Positions 51,136 through 61,561 are shown, counted from the first letter of the stretch. The stretch is 64,000 bases of DNA from an uncultured virus (IMG/VR IMGVR_UViG_3300025030_000088) (IMGVR_UViG_3300025030_000088:1-64000); one strand, 5' to 3'. Numbers and translations are program-made. The notes: generated by a model from the letters alone, not told the origin.

Positions 51136-52281
51136 ATGCCAGAATTAGTAAGTTGTTTTCATTGTGGTTTTACTGATATATCTGACAATATGTATCAACG
51201 AGATGGAAATTTTACAGAGTATGAATTTTATTGTGACGAGTGCGCTCAAGAAATTAAAACTTGTAGTTTTTGTAATACCGAATACCATAAAAGTAATATA
51301 ACAGAAGGTCATAATAATTATGCTTGTCATAACTGCATAGAGGAATTAGATTTAATAATTTGTTCCGAATGTGAAAATATTGTTGAACGTGATAGCACTG
51401 AATTATGGCAGAATGAACCAGTTTGCGCTGATTGTCAGAATGACATTAAGAAAAATTTAACTTTTATTCATGACTATAAATATACACCGGAAACTTTAAA
51501 TTTTCATTTTATGACTGGCGAGGTAACAAATACATATTATGGAATAGAATTGGAAATTGACAGAACAGAAGAGCAGGAATATAATTGTTACGAATCTAAG
51601 GAAGACCATGCTTTAGAGATTCATGATCAAGCCAATGGAACAGATTTAACTGAGTATGAAAAATATCTTTATATTAAAAAAGATGGTTCGATTAAACGTG
51701 GTATGGAACTTGTTTCACATCCTTGTACATATAACTACCATATGAAAAATATGGGATGGCGATATATACTAGATGAATGCGATACAAAAGGATATTCTAG
51801 TCATGACTCGGGCACCTGTGGGATGCATATACACATTAGCAAGTTAGCTTTTGGCGAATCAGAACACGAACAGGATTTAAATATTGCTAAACTATTATTA
51901 TTTTTTGAGACTAATTGGGATAACATTAAGAAATTTTCCAGAAGGAAGAATAGTCAAATTGTAGAATACTGTAACCGTTATAATAATCTATCAACAGAAG
52001 AAGAACCTGCTGAAATTTGCAAAAAAGCTAAAGCTGAAGGTAGATATTTTGCGGTTAATTTAAAAAATGATAATACTGTAGAAATTAGAATTTTCAGAGG
52101 TACGTTAAAAATTGAAACTTTTAAAGCTAGTCTACAGTTTACACATTTATTAACTGAGTTAATGCCTACCATTAGTTTACAGGATACATTAAAATTAACC
52201 TGGACAGATTTGATCCAAGTAGCAACAGAAAAAGGCTATAATGAATTTGTTACTTACTCCAAATCTAAAAACTTGGAATAA
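51136..52281 (+). CDS. Putative amidoligase (COOH-NH2 ligase) with Cys-rich N-terminal repeats
   Basis: YGIELEI, K.DGSI, ELVSHP, TCGMHIH, RY.AVNL, TVEIRIFRGTL. Confidence 0.85.
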   Translation: MPELVSCFHCGFTDISDNMYQRDGNFTEYEFYCDECAQEIKTCSFCNTEYHKSNITEGHNNYACHNCIEELDLIICSECENIVERDSTELWQNEPVCADCQNDIKKNLTFIHDYKYTPETLNFHFMTGEVTNTYYGIELEIDRTEEQEYNCYESKEDHALEIHDQANGTDLTEYEKYLYIKKDGSIKRGMELVSHPCTYNYHMKNMGWRYILDECDTKGYSSHDSGTCGMHIHISKLAFGESEHEQDLNIAKLLLFFETNWDNIKKFSRRKNSQIVEYCNRYNNLSTEEEPAEICKKAKAEGRYFAVNLKNDNTVEIRIFRGTLKIETFKASLQFTHLLTELMPTISLQDTLKLTWTDLIQVATEKGYNEFVTYSKSKNLE

Positions 52282-52436
52282 TAATATAAAAATAAATATC
52301 CAGCAAAATACTTTTTCTTTGCCCATTGTCAATTTAATAAAATATCCATATATTGCCATAACAGCAGACAGTGGGTAACATAAAGATATTTAACAATTAT
52401 AACCATTAAAACTATAATAAATTAGGAGGAATTATA

Positions 52437-53510
52437 ATGACAGAAGAAAGAAATTTTCCCTATCTATGCCAGTGGAACGAATCAATCAACGATGATCAAC
52501 CAGTCTGTTCAATTGATCCAAACTACGCCAATGCCATAGCTGAAATCTTATCACTTCCGGAAAAAATCTCCTTGTCGATTCTCCAAAATATGTATGTAGT
52601 ATTTTACCCGACAGAACAAACCTGCTCAAATCCTAGTAAATGGAATAAATTGAAATATACCCTAGATTGTTTAATTCCTATTGAATTGCAGGAAATTGAC
52701 GATCAAGATAACACTAAGTATATCTTTGTAGGGTTTTTACAATTAAACCACAAAGTTATAGATACAGAGGGTAACATAATTCCATATTTAGACAGATATA
52801 ATATATTAGAAATGTCAGAATTTACAGAAGATAGCACCTTTAATTTTCGCTGTCACATAACAAAAAATAGATATTCCTACCAGGAAATCTATAACAATAC
52901 ATATAATTTCTTCAATAACAAAATACGTTCATATAACCAATATTATGCATTTATTGGTCATATGAATAAACTGAATAACAGACTAGATAATAGCACCCGC
53001 GACGACTATGCGGAACAGAACAGACAAGCAGCCATAACTTCACCTCATTTAAATCTGTCAAAATATTCATATTCACATGGTCTGACAGCATTTAACAATG
53101 GTTCACCTTGGAATAACCTACATTATATCCAAGATACAATTAAATACAATAACAAAATAGAAATATGTTGTAGCACTCCCAACAAACCAATTGGACTTAT
53201 GGGAATATATGTAAAAGGAGAAGTAATATTAGCATCTTGTACAGATATATACACTTATATACAGGATGATGTTCACATATTTGACGATATAAACCGTTTT
53301 ACTCCTGCATTCTCTTATACCCAACTTTACAAAAAACACCAGGGATATTATGGAGAAAATGCTCATAACGAAATTATCCTAATTCCTGGTGAAATAACTA
53401 GAATATGGGTGAAGGAATATGCATCTACTGAAGCTAAGGAAGATGCACAAAATATGGCAAAACAGTTAAATGTTAGTTTGTCAGTCGTGAGTGCATGGCG
53501 AGAAGAGTAA
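52437..53510 (+). CDS. Hypothetical protein
   Basis: 357-aa ORF with AGGAGG RBS. Confidence 0.7.
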   Translation: MTEERNFPYLCQWNESINDDQPVCSIDPNYANAIAEILSLPEKISLSILQNMYVVFYPTEQTCSNPSKWNKLKYTLDCLIPIELQEIDDQDNTKYIFVGFLQLNHKVIDTEGNIIPYLDRYNILEMSEFTEDSTFNFRCHITKNRYSYQEIYNNTYNFFNNKIRSYNQYYAFIGHMNKLNNRLDNSTRDDYAEQNRQAAITSPHLNLSKYSYSHGLTAFNNGSPWNNLHYIQDTIKYNNKIEICCSTPNKPIGLMGIYVKGEVILASCTDIYTYIQDDVHIFDDINRFTPAFSYTQLYKKHQGYYGENAHNEIILIPGEITRIWVKEYASTEAKEDAQNMAKQLNVSLSVVSAWREE

Positions 53511-53977
53511 CAAAATAACCGGGAACTAACCAAAATAGTATAGTCAACAACGATATACTATTATTTTTTTGCTCAAATCTCTAATCCTCTATAACAGCAA
53601 CCGACATAACACTTACCTAAAATTCACCCTCACAGGACGGTCAACAAGCCACTTAAAATTTAATTAAGGTATATTATTTCTACAATTCCTTATATCTTAT
53701 CCTATAGTAATAATTAGATATAAATTCGATACAAATATAAAATACTTAGATATAATAACTATAAATATGTATTAAATATCCTGTAAATATACTGTAAATT
53801 CTATACATAATAAAAAAATAAATATTTACTTAAAATCTATTGCAATTATCTCAAAAATCTATATAATAGTATTTAGCACCAAACAACAACATAATATAAA
53901 TACATAAGTATTAAAACCCGTAACACCTCGTAACAATTCTTTGAAAACTAAATATAATTTATAGGAGGTCATTCAAA

Positions 53978-54802
53978 ATGGCATTAGCAACAAGATTTGG
54001 CAAAAACAGCAACGCATTAAGGTCAAATATCCCTTTAGACAATTCACAATTATTCAGGATTGCACCCAGTATATTCGCTAATGAGGCTCATGAATCCAGG
54101 TCTGCCAGATACACCTATATTCCTACAATTGATGTTCTTGACGGTCTCAGAAAAGAAGGATTTCAGCCATTTTTTGTGGCACAATCCAGATCAAGAATAG
54201 AAGGTAAATCCGAATTTACTAAGCATATGCTTAGATTACGTCAAACAGGAGAAATCGAAAAAGCAGAAGCCAACGAGATTATTCTTATTAACTCACATGA
54301 CGGAACATCTAGTTACCAAATGATGGCAGGTTGTTTCCGGTTCATATGTCAGAATGGTATGGTTACAGGTGACATTGTAGAGGATATACGAGTTAGACAT
54401 AAAGGAAATATTGTCCACAATGTAATAGATGCAGCTTATACGATTGTAAATGATTTTGAAACAGTGACCGAAAGTATTGACGGTATGAAGTCAACATTAT
54501 TGTTACCAGCGGAGCAGGAAATATTTGCCGAAGCGGCTTTATCATTGAAATACGACGAAAACGAAGCACCGATAACACCTAACCAATTATTGTCAACCAG
54601 AAGAATAGCCGATAGGAATCCAGATTTATGGTCAAATTTTAACCGGGTACAAGAAAACATTATCAGAGGCGGTTTAAGAGGCAGAACGGCAAACGGAAAC
54701 CGTACAACAACCAGGGAAGTAAAATCAATCGACAATAATGTTAAACTCAATAAGGCACTCTGGATATTGGCAGACGGTATGAGACAATTAAAACAAGCAT
54801 AA
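53978..54802 (+). CDS. DUF932/DUF945 family protein
   Basis: APSIFA..AHESRS.RYTYIPT, EFTKHMLRLR, NSHDGTSSYQM.AG.FR..C.NG, DLW..FNR.QEN. Confidence 0.9.
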   Translation: MALATRFGKNSNALRSNIPLDNSQLFRIAPSIFANEAHESRSARYTYIPTIDVLDGLRKEGFQPFFVAQSRSRIEGKSEFTKHMLRLRQTGEIEKAEANEIILINSHDGTSSYQMMAGCFRFICQNGMVTGDIVEDIRVRHKGNIVHNVIDAAYTIVNDFETVTESIDGMKSTLLLPAEQEIFAEAALSLKYDENEAPITPNQLLSTRRIADRNPDLWSNFNRVQENIIRGGLRGRTANGNRTTTREVKSIDNNVKLNKALWILADGMRQLKQA

Positions 54803-55000
54803 TTAAACTTTAAACCCTGTTTAGTAGCTGATTAAATTCAGTAAAATTGAATAGGGTTTTTATTATGTCCTTTTCCTTTTCTAACCGGAAACAACAATAA
54901 AATAACAAAAACAACCTTAAACTTATCACTTACAATAATTATTTACCTTCCTACAATCCCCATACAACCACTTAAAACCCTTAACACAAATTAATTATAA

Positions 55001-55028
55001 TTTATTGCTTTTATTGCTTTTATTGCTT
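55001..55028 (+). repeat. Tandem repeat TTTATTGCT x3
   Basis: Direct reading of the sequence. Confidence 0.8.
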
Positions 55029-55227
55029 GTTAATCATATAATACTTAGATAAAACTAAATAAATATATACTATATTGTATGTTAAATATCAATATGAAAT
55101 ATTAAATCTAAAAATTATATTTAATATTAACAGCTAAATACAGAGTAATAAAATAATATTCCTTGCAATATCTCATTGTATTCTTTATAATATTATCAAC
55201 TACATATTTTCAGATTTTTTAAGGAGG

Positions 55228-55872
55228 TTGAACCAATTGACCAAAAAAGAATTTAAAGAATTCTGGGAAGCTAAAACCTTGGGAGAAATCAGGGGTGTAT
55301 ACATAGAACGATCCAGAATATGCGACAATATGAAAAATTTAATTAAAGAAGATGCTGAGAAAATAGTTAATTTAAACGTAACATCTAAAACTTATTTGTC
55401 AAGGTTAAAGGATTGCTCAGACAGTATAAAGTATTATACTAAGTCACTTATAGAAGATTTAAAAATGCTTGAGCAGCTAAAGCCGATTCTTGATAAGAAA
55501 GAGGCTGAAGGATTGAATCAAACTGATTATGAAAAGTATATGGCAGATAATAAATGTAATATTGAATTGCTGATACTTAAAGTTAAGGAAATGGAATTAA
55601 ATGCCTTAACAACATGGAAGGATAAGGACGGAAATAAAATAAGTGAGAAGGATATTATCTATACTCACGATATTATGTTAAAAGAATTAATTTTCATGCT
55701 AAAGGATAAAATAGGGAATGTATTAGAAATAATAAGTCTAAACTATAATCCCAATAAAGGTATGGACGGAACCATAAAAGGAGAAAAGGGAAGTGTAAAC
55801 ATAGATACAATACTTGCAGGAGGATATAACATTCAAAAACTACACTATAGAACATTAATTTATAAATATTAA
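55228..55872 (+). CDS. Hypothetical phage protein
   Basis: AAGGAGG RBS; C-terminal TILAGGYNIQKLHYR. Confidence 0.7.
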   Translation: MNQLTKKEFKEFWEAKTLGEIRGVYIERSRICDNMKNLIKEDAEKIVNLNVTSKTYLSRLKDCSDSIKYYTKSLIEDLKMLEQLKPILDKKEAEGLNQTDYEKYMADNKCNIELLILKVKEMELNALTTWKDKDGNKISEKDIIYTHDIMLKELIFMLKDKIGNVLEIISLNYNPNKGMDGTIKGEKGSVNIDTILAGGYNIQKLHYRTLIYKY

Positions 55873-56022
55873 CCCTGTAAAGGGTTTTATTTTTGTCTGA
55901 ATTGCCATAAACAATATAAAAATAATATTCCCTATAAATTATCTAAAATCTATATACAGCTAACCATAATTATGTTATACTTATCTCACGGCAAACTATA
56001 TTATAAATTTTAGGAGGTTTTA

Positions 56023-56265
56023 TTGATGGAAAATGTTACTTTAAATATAAACAACTTAGAGGAATTAGAAACAATATATAATGCTTTAGGAGCTAGAAAA
56101 TGTTCCTTTGAGGAAGATATAATAAAATATAAAAAACAGGGATATGATAATCAGTATCACAAGGAAGAAGCAGGAAGATGTAAGAAAATTATGAAATATC
56201 TAGAACCATTTATAAATAATGCTTATGAAGAAGAATTTAAGAAAAATAATTGCTCAGAAGGTTGA
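56023..56265 (+). CDS. Hypothetical protein
   Basis: AGGAGG RBS; terminator follows. Confidence 0.65.
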   Translation: MMENVTLNINNLEELETIYNALGARKCSFEEDIIKYKKQGYDNQYHKEEAGRCKKIMKYLEPFINNAYEEEFKKNNCSEG

Positions 56266-56408
56266 AAAATACCTTCTTTTTCTTTGTCATTTTACACTAA
56301 AAATAATTAGATAAACCTACACATAACAACACAATATTATACACAATCCTACCTCAAATAACACCATAAAAGTATTGTTTTATATTAAGTGAATTTTATG
56401 TTTTTGTG

Positions 56409-56437
56409 TTGACATATTGAAAGAATAAGAATATAAT
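56409..56437 (+). promoter_or_regulatory. Consensus sigmaA promoter
   Basis: TTGACA-17-TATAAT. Confidence 0.85.
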
Positions 56438-56479
56438 TAATTATGTTTTAAATTAAATTTACTCAGGAGGTTAAACAAT

Positions 56480-56767
56480 ATGCAAATAAACGATTTAAAG
56501 CAAATCAAAAAGGAACTAAAAACTCTAATATATAAAAACGCAGGAGAAGACCAATCTTTACATATCATGATCTATCAAGATGAATATTTATTATTCAATG
56601 TGCAAATAGATTACCGTTTAAATAGAGAATCAATTGAAAATTGGTATCCATACGAAAATATAATAACTTTTGAAGAGGCAAATAAAAAAGCTAAACAAGT
56701 GTTAAACACCGTTAAAAAATGGTTTAATATAGAGATATGTAATAATATAGAATCATACCATATTTAA
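56480..56767 (+). CDS. Hypothetical protein
   Basis: AGGAGG RBS. Confidence 0.7.
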   Translation: MQINDLKQIKKELKTLIYKNAGEDQSLHIMIYQDEYLLFNVQIDYRLNRESIENWYPYENIITFEEANKKAKQVLNTVKKWFNIEICNNIESYHI

Positions 56768-56802
56768 CTAGCATTATAATGCTAGTTTTTCTTTTCTCTC
56801 AT

Positions 56803-56818
56803 TGTTCCACGTGGAACA
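56803..56818. other. parS site
   Basis: Perfect TGTTCCACGTGGAACA. Confidence 0.85.
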
Positions 56819-56950
56819 CAATCAAAAAATAATATCCCCAACAAATTCACTCCAAACTATAGACATTTAACGGCCAATTTGATATAATGTATTTGTTAGT
56901 ACAATTCTATTTAATCTTATCTCAGTTATAATTAAAAAGGAAGTGAAATA

Positions 56951-57301
56951 ATGAATATATTAAAACTATGCTACAATCTATCAACAAAATATTTAACTGA
57001 ATATCTCCCCAATATTCCAGAACTAAAAATAACAAATGCAATAACCTACAACGGTAGAGCCTACAAAAACATTAAAACTAACATAGTACATACAGTTGCA
57101 CTGTCAAAGCATAATCTATATATTTCTCCTAGTTTTATCGAGGAAGAAGATGTAAATAATATTATAGAAACAATTTGTCATGAATTGGCACACGTATTAT
57201 ATTTTGATCATAGTGAAAAACATAAAGAATTAACAGAATCATTTTATAAGATAGTTAACCTTTGTTTAAAAATAGATAATATTGATTTATTAGCTTGTTA
57301 G
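56951..57301 (+). CDS. Small zincin-like metallopeptidase (SprT/WLM-like)
   Basis: TICHELAH (HExxH) plus downstream DHS..H. Confidence 0.65.
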   Translation: MNILKLCYNLSTKYLTEYLPNIPELKITNAITYNGRAYKNIKTNIVHTVALSKHNLYISPSFIEEEDVNNIIETICHELAHVLYFDHSEKHKELTESFYKIVNLCLKIDNIDLLAC

Positions 57302-57362
57302 TAATACATATAACCCCCTTTTTCCGGTATAAGAAAGGTAAAATAAAAGGAGGCTCCACAAA

Positions 57363-57563
57363 ATGACAAATACAGAGTTAACACAAAAAGCCAAACAATT
57401 AAAACAAAAAATGCTTACCCTCAGAACCACTTCACGCGCAACAATAAAAGAAATCATCCTCTTACATCAATGTAAAGAAAAGGGGAATTATGAACAAATG
57501 TATAATACAAAATTATACAATAAACATTCTAGAGAATATTGCCAATACTTAGAATTAATTTAA
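57363..57563 (+). CDS. Hypothetical protein
   Basis: AAAGGAGG RBS. Confidence 0.6.
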   Translation: MTNTELTQKAKQLKQKMLTLRTTSRATIKEIILLHQCKEKGNYEQMYNTKLYNKHSREYCQYLELI

Positions 57564-57890
57564 CCTACATTTAGTAGGTTAAATTTTTGCAAATTTATCT
57601 ATAACAACATAACAGTAGCCATTAAATCAATATATTTTAACCCTATCACCTTAAAAACAACCTTCTACAATTCTCATTAACCCTTATAAAATTATTCTAA
57701 CCTGTATTATACCTATATATCCTAGAATCGGCTCATATATAGATTATTGGATAAAGTTATATATATTATTAATTATATTAATATAAATAAATTATCACAG
57801 AATAATAAAATATTTATTGCATTATACGGTTATATCCTTTATAATATTAATATCAACTTAATACATAAACTTAACAGGGAGGTCACACAA

Positions 57891-58241
57891 ATGAAACAAA
57901 TTAACCAAACTGAATTATATAAACTAACCTACATACAATTTTGTAACCATTTCCTCAATACTAACAAATATAGTAAAGCATACAAAGCTAATCCTGAGAA
58001 ATGGGAAAGTAAGAAAAAAGATTTATTGCAAGATTGGGAAAATATACTTCTACAACGTGCAGAAATTGGCAGTATACCTGAGAAAGTTATCCGGTCATAT
58101 GTCAACCTATTCGGAGAAAAAACTACCAGGAGAATGTTCAGGGGTACGACAGAAAAAGGTCTGCAAGAGTGGGAACAGACACAGATCAAGAAAATATACA
58201 GAGATTCAGAATTAACAAATATAAAGCAAATAATTTATTAA
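57891..58241 (+). CDS. Hypothetical protein
   Basis: ATG at 57891 after GGGAGG; the ORF-track start lies upstream of the promoter. Confidence 0.65.
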   Translation: MKQINQTELYKLTYIQFCNHFLNTNKYSKAYKANPEKWESKKKDLLQDWENILLQRAEIGSIPEKVIRSYVNLFGEKTTRRMFRGTTEKGLQEWEQTQIKKIYRDSELTNIKQIIY

Positions 58242-58353
58242 CCTACTTATTATAGCAGGTTTTTTATTTTACATCCTATTGTAATATTAATATAAATATG
58301 TTACAATATCCTCAGTACATTAAATAGTATCAAAAAAAGGAAGTGACCACATA

Positions 58354-58638
58354 ATGACACTAACCCACCACGCAAAATTAAGAATGTCCCAGCGCATAAT
58401 AACCCTCCAGGACATCTACACAACCGTTAAATGTGGCACTCCTTCCGAAGCAAAAAATAACTTAACCTGCTACACTTACGACAACATCTATGTTATACTA
58501 GATTCAACAACTCAAACAGTTATTACAGCTTGCTTTACAAAGTCCTATACCCGACAATTAGAGCAATACGCAAAACAACAAAATATAGGATTTTATACAG
58601 CAATCAAACAATTAAGGAGGTCACAAATTGTTAGCTAA
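58354..58638 (+). CDS. DUF4258-like (RelE-fold-like) protein
   Basis: LTHHAKLRMSQR.I...DI...V..G ... VILD....VIT. Confidence 0.6.
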   Translation: MTLTHHAKLRMSQRIITLQDIYTTVKCGTPSEAKNNLTCYTYDNIYVILDSTTQTVITACFTKSYTRQLEQYAKQQNIGFYTAIKQLRRSQIVS

Positions 58639-58804
58639 ATATAAAAATATTATTATTCTTACTATGTCATTTAATCCTGATCAAGTTATCGGAACTATTG
58701 CCGGAATAGAATTCAAGGCCGATATTCAGACAGATTCAAAAGGTAATCAGTATATTATAGTCAATAGAATTAAATATTACCTTAGTCAATTTAAGGTAAT
58801 ATAG
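58628..58804 (+). CDS. Small hypothetical protein (58 aa)
   Basis: TTG after AAGGAGG; open to TAG at 58804. Confidence 0.55.
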   Translation: MLAKYKNIIILTMSFNPDQVIGTIAGIEFKADIQTDSKGNQYIIVNRIKYYLSQFKVI

Positions 58805-59155
58805 TAAAATTATAAGAAAGGAGCGATCATCTTGTCCCAAACTACATTAATTTCTCTATTCATTGCCGGGAAAATAACGGAGCCACAATTCAGAAAATTG
58901 TTAACAAAAGTAAAAAATAAATAATCATACATAGAATTATTTAATACCTTGTTGTGAGGTATTTTTTATTTTCTCACTCTCCAACATCTTCCCACATTCC
59001 CTACAAGGCCGATAAAAAAATTATACCTGTATTCGCTCTATGGGGCTGTCAGAGAGGTTATAATTGATTTAGGTTTAATGTGACCGGATTTAAGCTGATT
59101 GGAATTAAAATTTTAAAGAATTTAAAGAATCAAAAAATAAATATTCAAAATGTTA

Positions 59156-59185
59156 TTGACATACCACTCCCACCTGTGGTAGAAT
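59156..59185 (+). promoter_or_regulatory. sigmaA promoter with extended -10
   Basis: TTGACA-18-TAGAAT with TG. Confidence 0.7.
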
Positions 59186-59348
59186 AACTTAACTTCAAAA
59201 ACGGACATAAGCAACACACCAGCAAGCTACTAGGTGAGGCGTTCCCTAGAAATGTTTTAAATGTTACTTGTCACTTAACTATTAGTCACAATGTCCCTAA
59301 ACTATGTAAATAGATTTTAAATAATATGTTACATAGGAGGTATGTTTA

Positions 59349-59696
59349 ATGGCGTTTATAAAACAGAATATTAACATAACTGGCAAGGGTTTAGTCAAGA
59401 ATGAAACAAGAATTATGTATGATCCGATGCTTCAAAGGAATTTTGTCTGGAAAGATAATCAACAATCTAATTTAATTCGTGCAATCATTTTAGATTATCC
59501 AATACCTGCCATTTACGCAAGGGATACAGGAGATAACAATTACTGGATTTTAGATGGAAGACAACGTATTACTACAGTTCAAAAATTCATTAAAAATGAA
59601 TTTGCACTATCTAAAACACTTGAAAATATCAATGATGTGGAAGTTGCAGGGAAATACTTCAAAGAATTACCAGAAGATTTCCAAGATGAAATATAA
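59349..59696 (+). CDS. Short/truncated DUF262 (GmrS/ParB-like) domain protein
   Basis: QRNFVW, LI..I..YPIP.IY, ILDGRQR.TT; stops right after F.ELPEDFQDEI. Confidence 0.75.
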   Translation: MAFIKQNINITGKGLVKNETRIMYDPMLQRNFVWKDNQQSNLIRAIILDYPIPAIYARDTGDNNYWILDGRQRITTVQKFIKNEFALSKTLENINDVEVAGKYFKELPEDFQDEI

Positions 59697-59809
59697 GAAG
59701 GATTATAATTGACAACATATTTATAATAACTTATTATCTTAATTGTGCTTGTATATTGCTTATAACAGCAGTAACAGGTAGAATTAAGATAATAAAGGGA
59801 GGCAACACA

Positions 59810-60046
59810 ATGAAAAATTTAACAATCCAAGATTTAATTGATATGTACGAGATCGAAGAAGGTTTACAAGTAGAATCAGAAGAATTAATAATGGAAGTTC
59901 ATCCTTCAGAATATTATCTAGGAGGTGAAAAAGGAGGGTATACAACAGACGATAATAGATATTTTAGCAGTTTAGAATCAGCTATTCAGTATATTGTCAA
60001 TAGTATGGGAGGTTTGGAAAAAATTATTAGGTATGAAGAAGCATAA
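59810..60046 (+). CDS. Hypothetical protein
   Basis: ATG after GGGAGG (MKNLTIQDL...). Confidence 0.6.
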   Translation: MKNLTIQDLIDMYEIEEGLQVESEELIMEVHPSEYYLGGEKGGYTTDDNRYFSSLESAIQYIVNSMGGLEKIIRYEEA

Positions 60047-60128
60047 CAGATCATTTACAACGGTTTATGGAGGTATACCCGTTAAAAACCTCCTACCAGA
60101 AAATTAGATTTATGAGGAGGAATTTTTA

Positions 60129-60479
60129 ATGTTATATTACCATCACGAAAACAGGGAGGGTGATTTTACCCTCAGATGGATAGCCGAAATAGTCGGCCAT
60201 GTTGACGGAATAGAAAGATGCTTTGAAGGGCCGTTTACTATCAGTATAACACCGACACTGTTAGTTTTTCGTGGTTATTCAAAATTCAACAAGAAGCATG
60301 TCGCTTATTGTGTTGAATTTAAAAAATGGAATAAACCTGAGAACTGGAAAGAAATTTCAAAAGACCATTTGTTAGTAGGAGAAATGCAGTTCGGGTGGAT
60401 TCAAGGAGGCAATCCAGGTTCTAGTTCGTATATGGGCTTGTGGCAGAAACCAGGACAGTTTCCTCTTATGCACGTTTAG
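60129..60479 (+). CDS. Hypothetical protein
   Basis: GAGGAGG RBS. Confidence 0.65.
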   Translation: MLYYHHENREGDFTLRWIAEIVGHVDGIERCFEGPFTISITPTLLVFRGYSKFNKKHVAYCVEFKKWNKPENWKEISKDHLLVGEMQFGWIQGGNPGSSSYMGLWQKPGQFPLMHV

Positions 60480-60558
60480 TTAGAGTTTTTAACCATATTC
60501 CTGCTTTGTCAGGGTGTTGGTGGGTATTAAAATATTATATAATAGGAGGAATTTATTA

Positions 60559-60981
60559 ATGAAAATGCACGATGTACATATTAATAATTTTTACCCATAC
60601 AAAGTTAATTGCCTGAGTTTTAACGGTTGTAATATTCATAATTGTAATATATTAAACATATCATCGTTACACGTTATTGGATTCGATAATAGTTATGTTT
60701 CTGGTTTCTTTTTCGTAAACCCAACAAAATCAGACTTAGAAGCAATTGAGAAACACTTACATGATCAGATTAAAAGAATCTTTCCTAAGTTTATTTATAG
60801 AGATTCTTTTAATTATCGTATTGATGAACCATCTATATATAATATTAAAGTGAATGGTAAGTTAAGGAAATTTAAAGCACCTTATTGTGAAAATGGTTGC
60901 AGACCATTTACTGCTGAAAAGATTAGTTTTTTTGCTAAAATATTAGATTTTATTCACGTCTATGATTGCGAACTATTATAA
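60559..60981 (+). CDS. Hypothetical protein
   Basis: ATG after AGGAGG (MKMHDV...). Confidence 0.6.
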   Translation: MKMHDVHINNFYPYKVNCLSFNGCNIHNCNILNISSLHVIGFDNSYVSGFFFVNPTKSDLEAIEKHLHDQIKRIFPKFIYRDSFNYRIDEPSIYNIKVNGKLRKFKAPYCENGCRPFTAEKISFFAKILDFIHVYDCELL

Positions 60982-61147
60982 ACCCTTGATAATCAAGGGT
61001 TTAATTTTGTCTATAACAGAACTATAATTTCCAAATTATTACCAAAATATAACATTGGAATCGATTAAGATATAGCTTGACATTTATATTAATAATCTAT
61101 ATACTTGTATTTAATCAATCAAATACATATTAAAAGGGGTTAACCAA

Positions 61148-61351
61148 ATGGCAAATGAACATTGCAAGGAATATCTAAAAGCATTCAGAAAAGCAGTAGG
61201 AGCGAAAAAGGACGAAAAAATTAACAAAAGATATAAAAGTATGTTCGGATGGTTAGCACCTGATGACAGGTATTATACAGGACATTGTGGCCATTGTGCA
61301 GAAGTTAAATATCTCAGTAGAATTTACGGAAATCAAGAAATTGATATTTAA
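61148..61351 (+). CDS. Small hypothetical protein
   Basis: Promoter TTGACA-17-TATACT at 61077-61105; HC...HCGHC. Confidence 0.65.
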   Translation: MANEHCKEYLKAFRKAVGAKKDEKINKRYKSMFGWLAPDDRYYTGHCGHCAEVKYLSRIYGNQEIDI

Positions 61352-61406
61352 CCTTCTATTGTAAAGGTTTTATTTTTATCAATAAATAAAAAGGAGGAGT
61401 ATTATT

Positions 61407-61547
61407 ATGATTTGTATACATAGATATAAACCATTGGAAATTGTAGGAAATGAATTAATTTTAATTTGCATTAAGTGTAAAAATATAGTATATAAGAAAT
61501 TACCAGGATTTAATTATAGAATCTTAGATAATCAAATATATAATTAA
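61407..61547 (+). CDS. Small zinc-ribbon-like protein (46 aa)
   Basis: AAGGAGG RBS; C.H...C.KC. Confidence 0.5.
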   Translation: MICIHRYKPLEIVGNELILICIKCKNIVYKKLPGFNYRILDNQIYN

Positions 61548-61561
61548 AAGGAGCGAATAAA

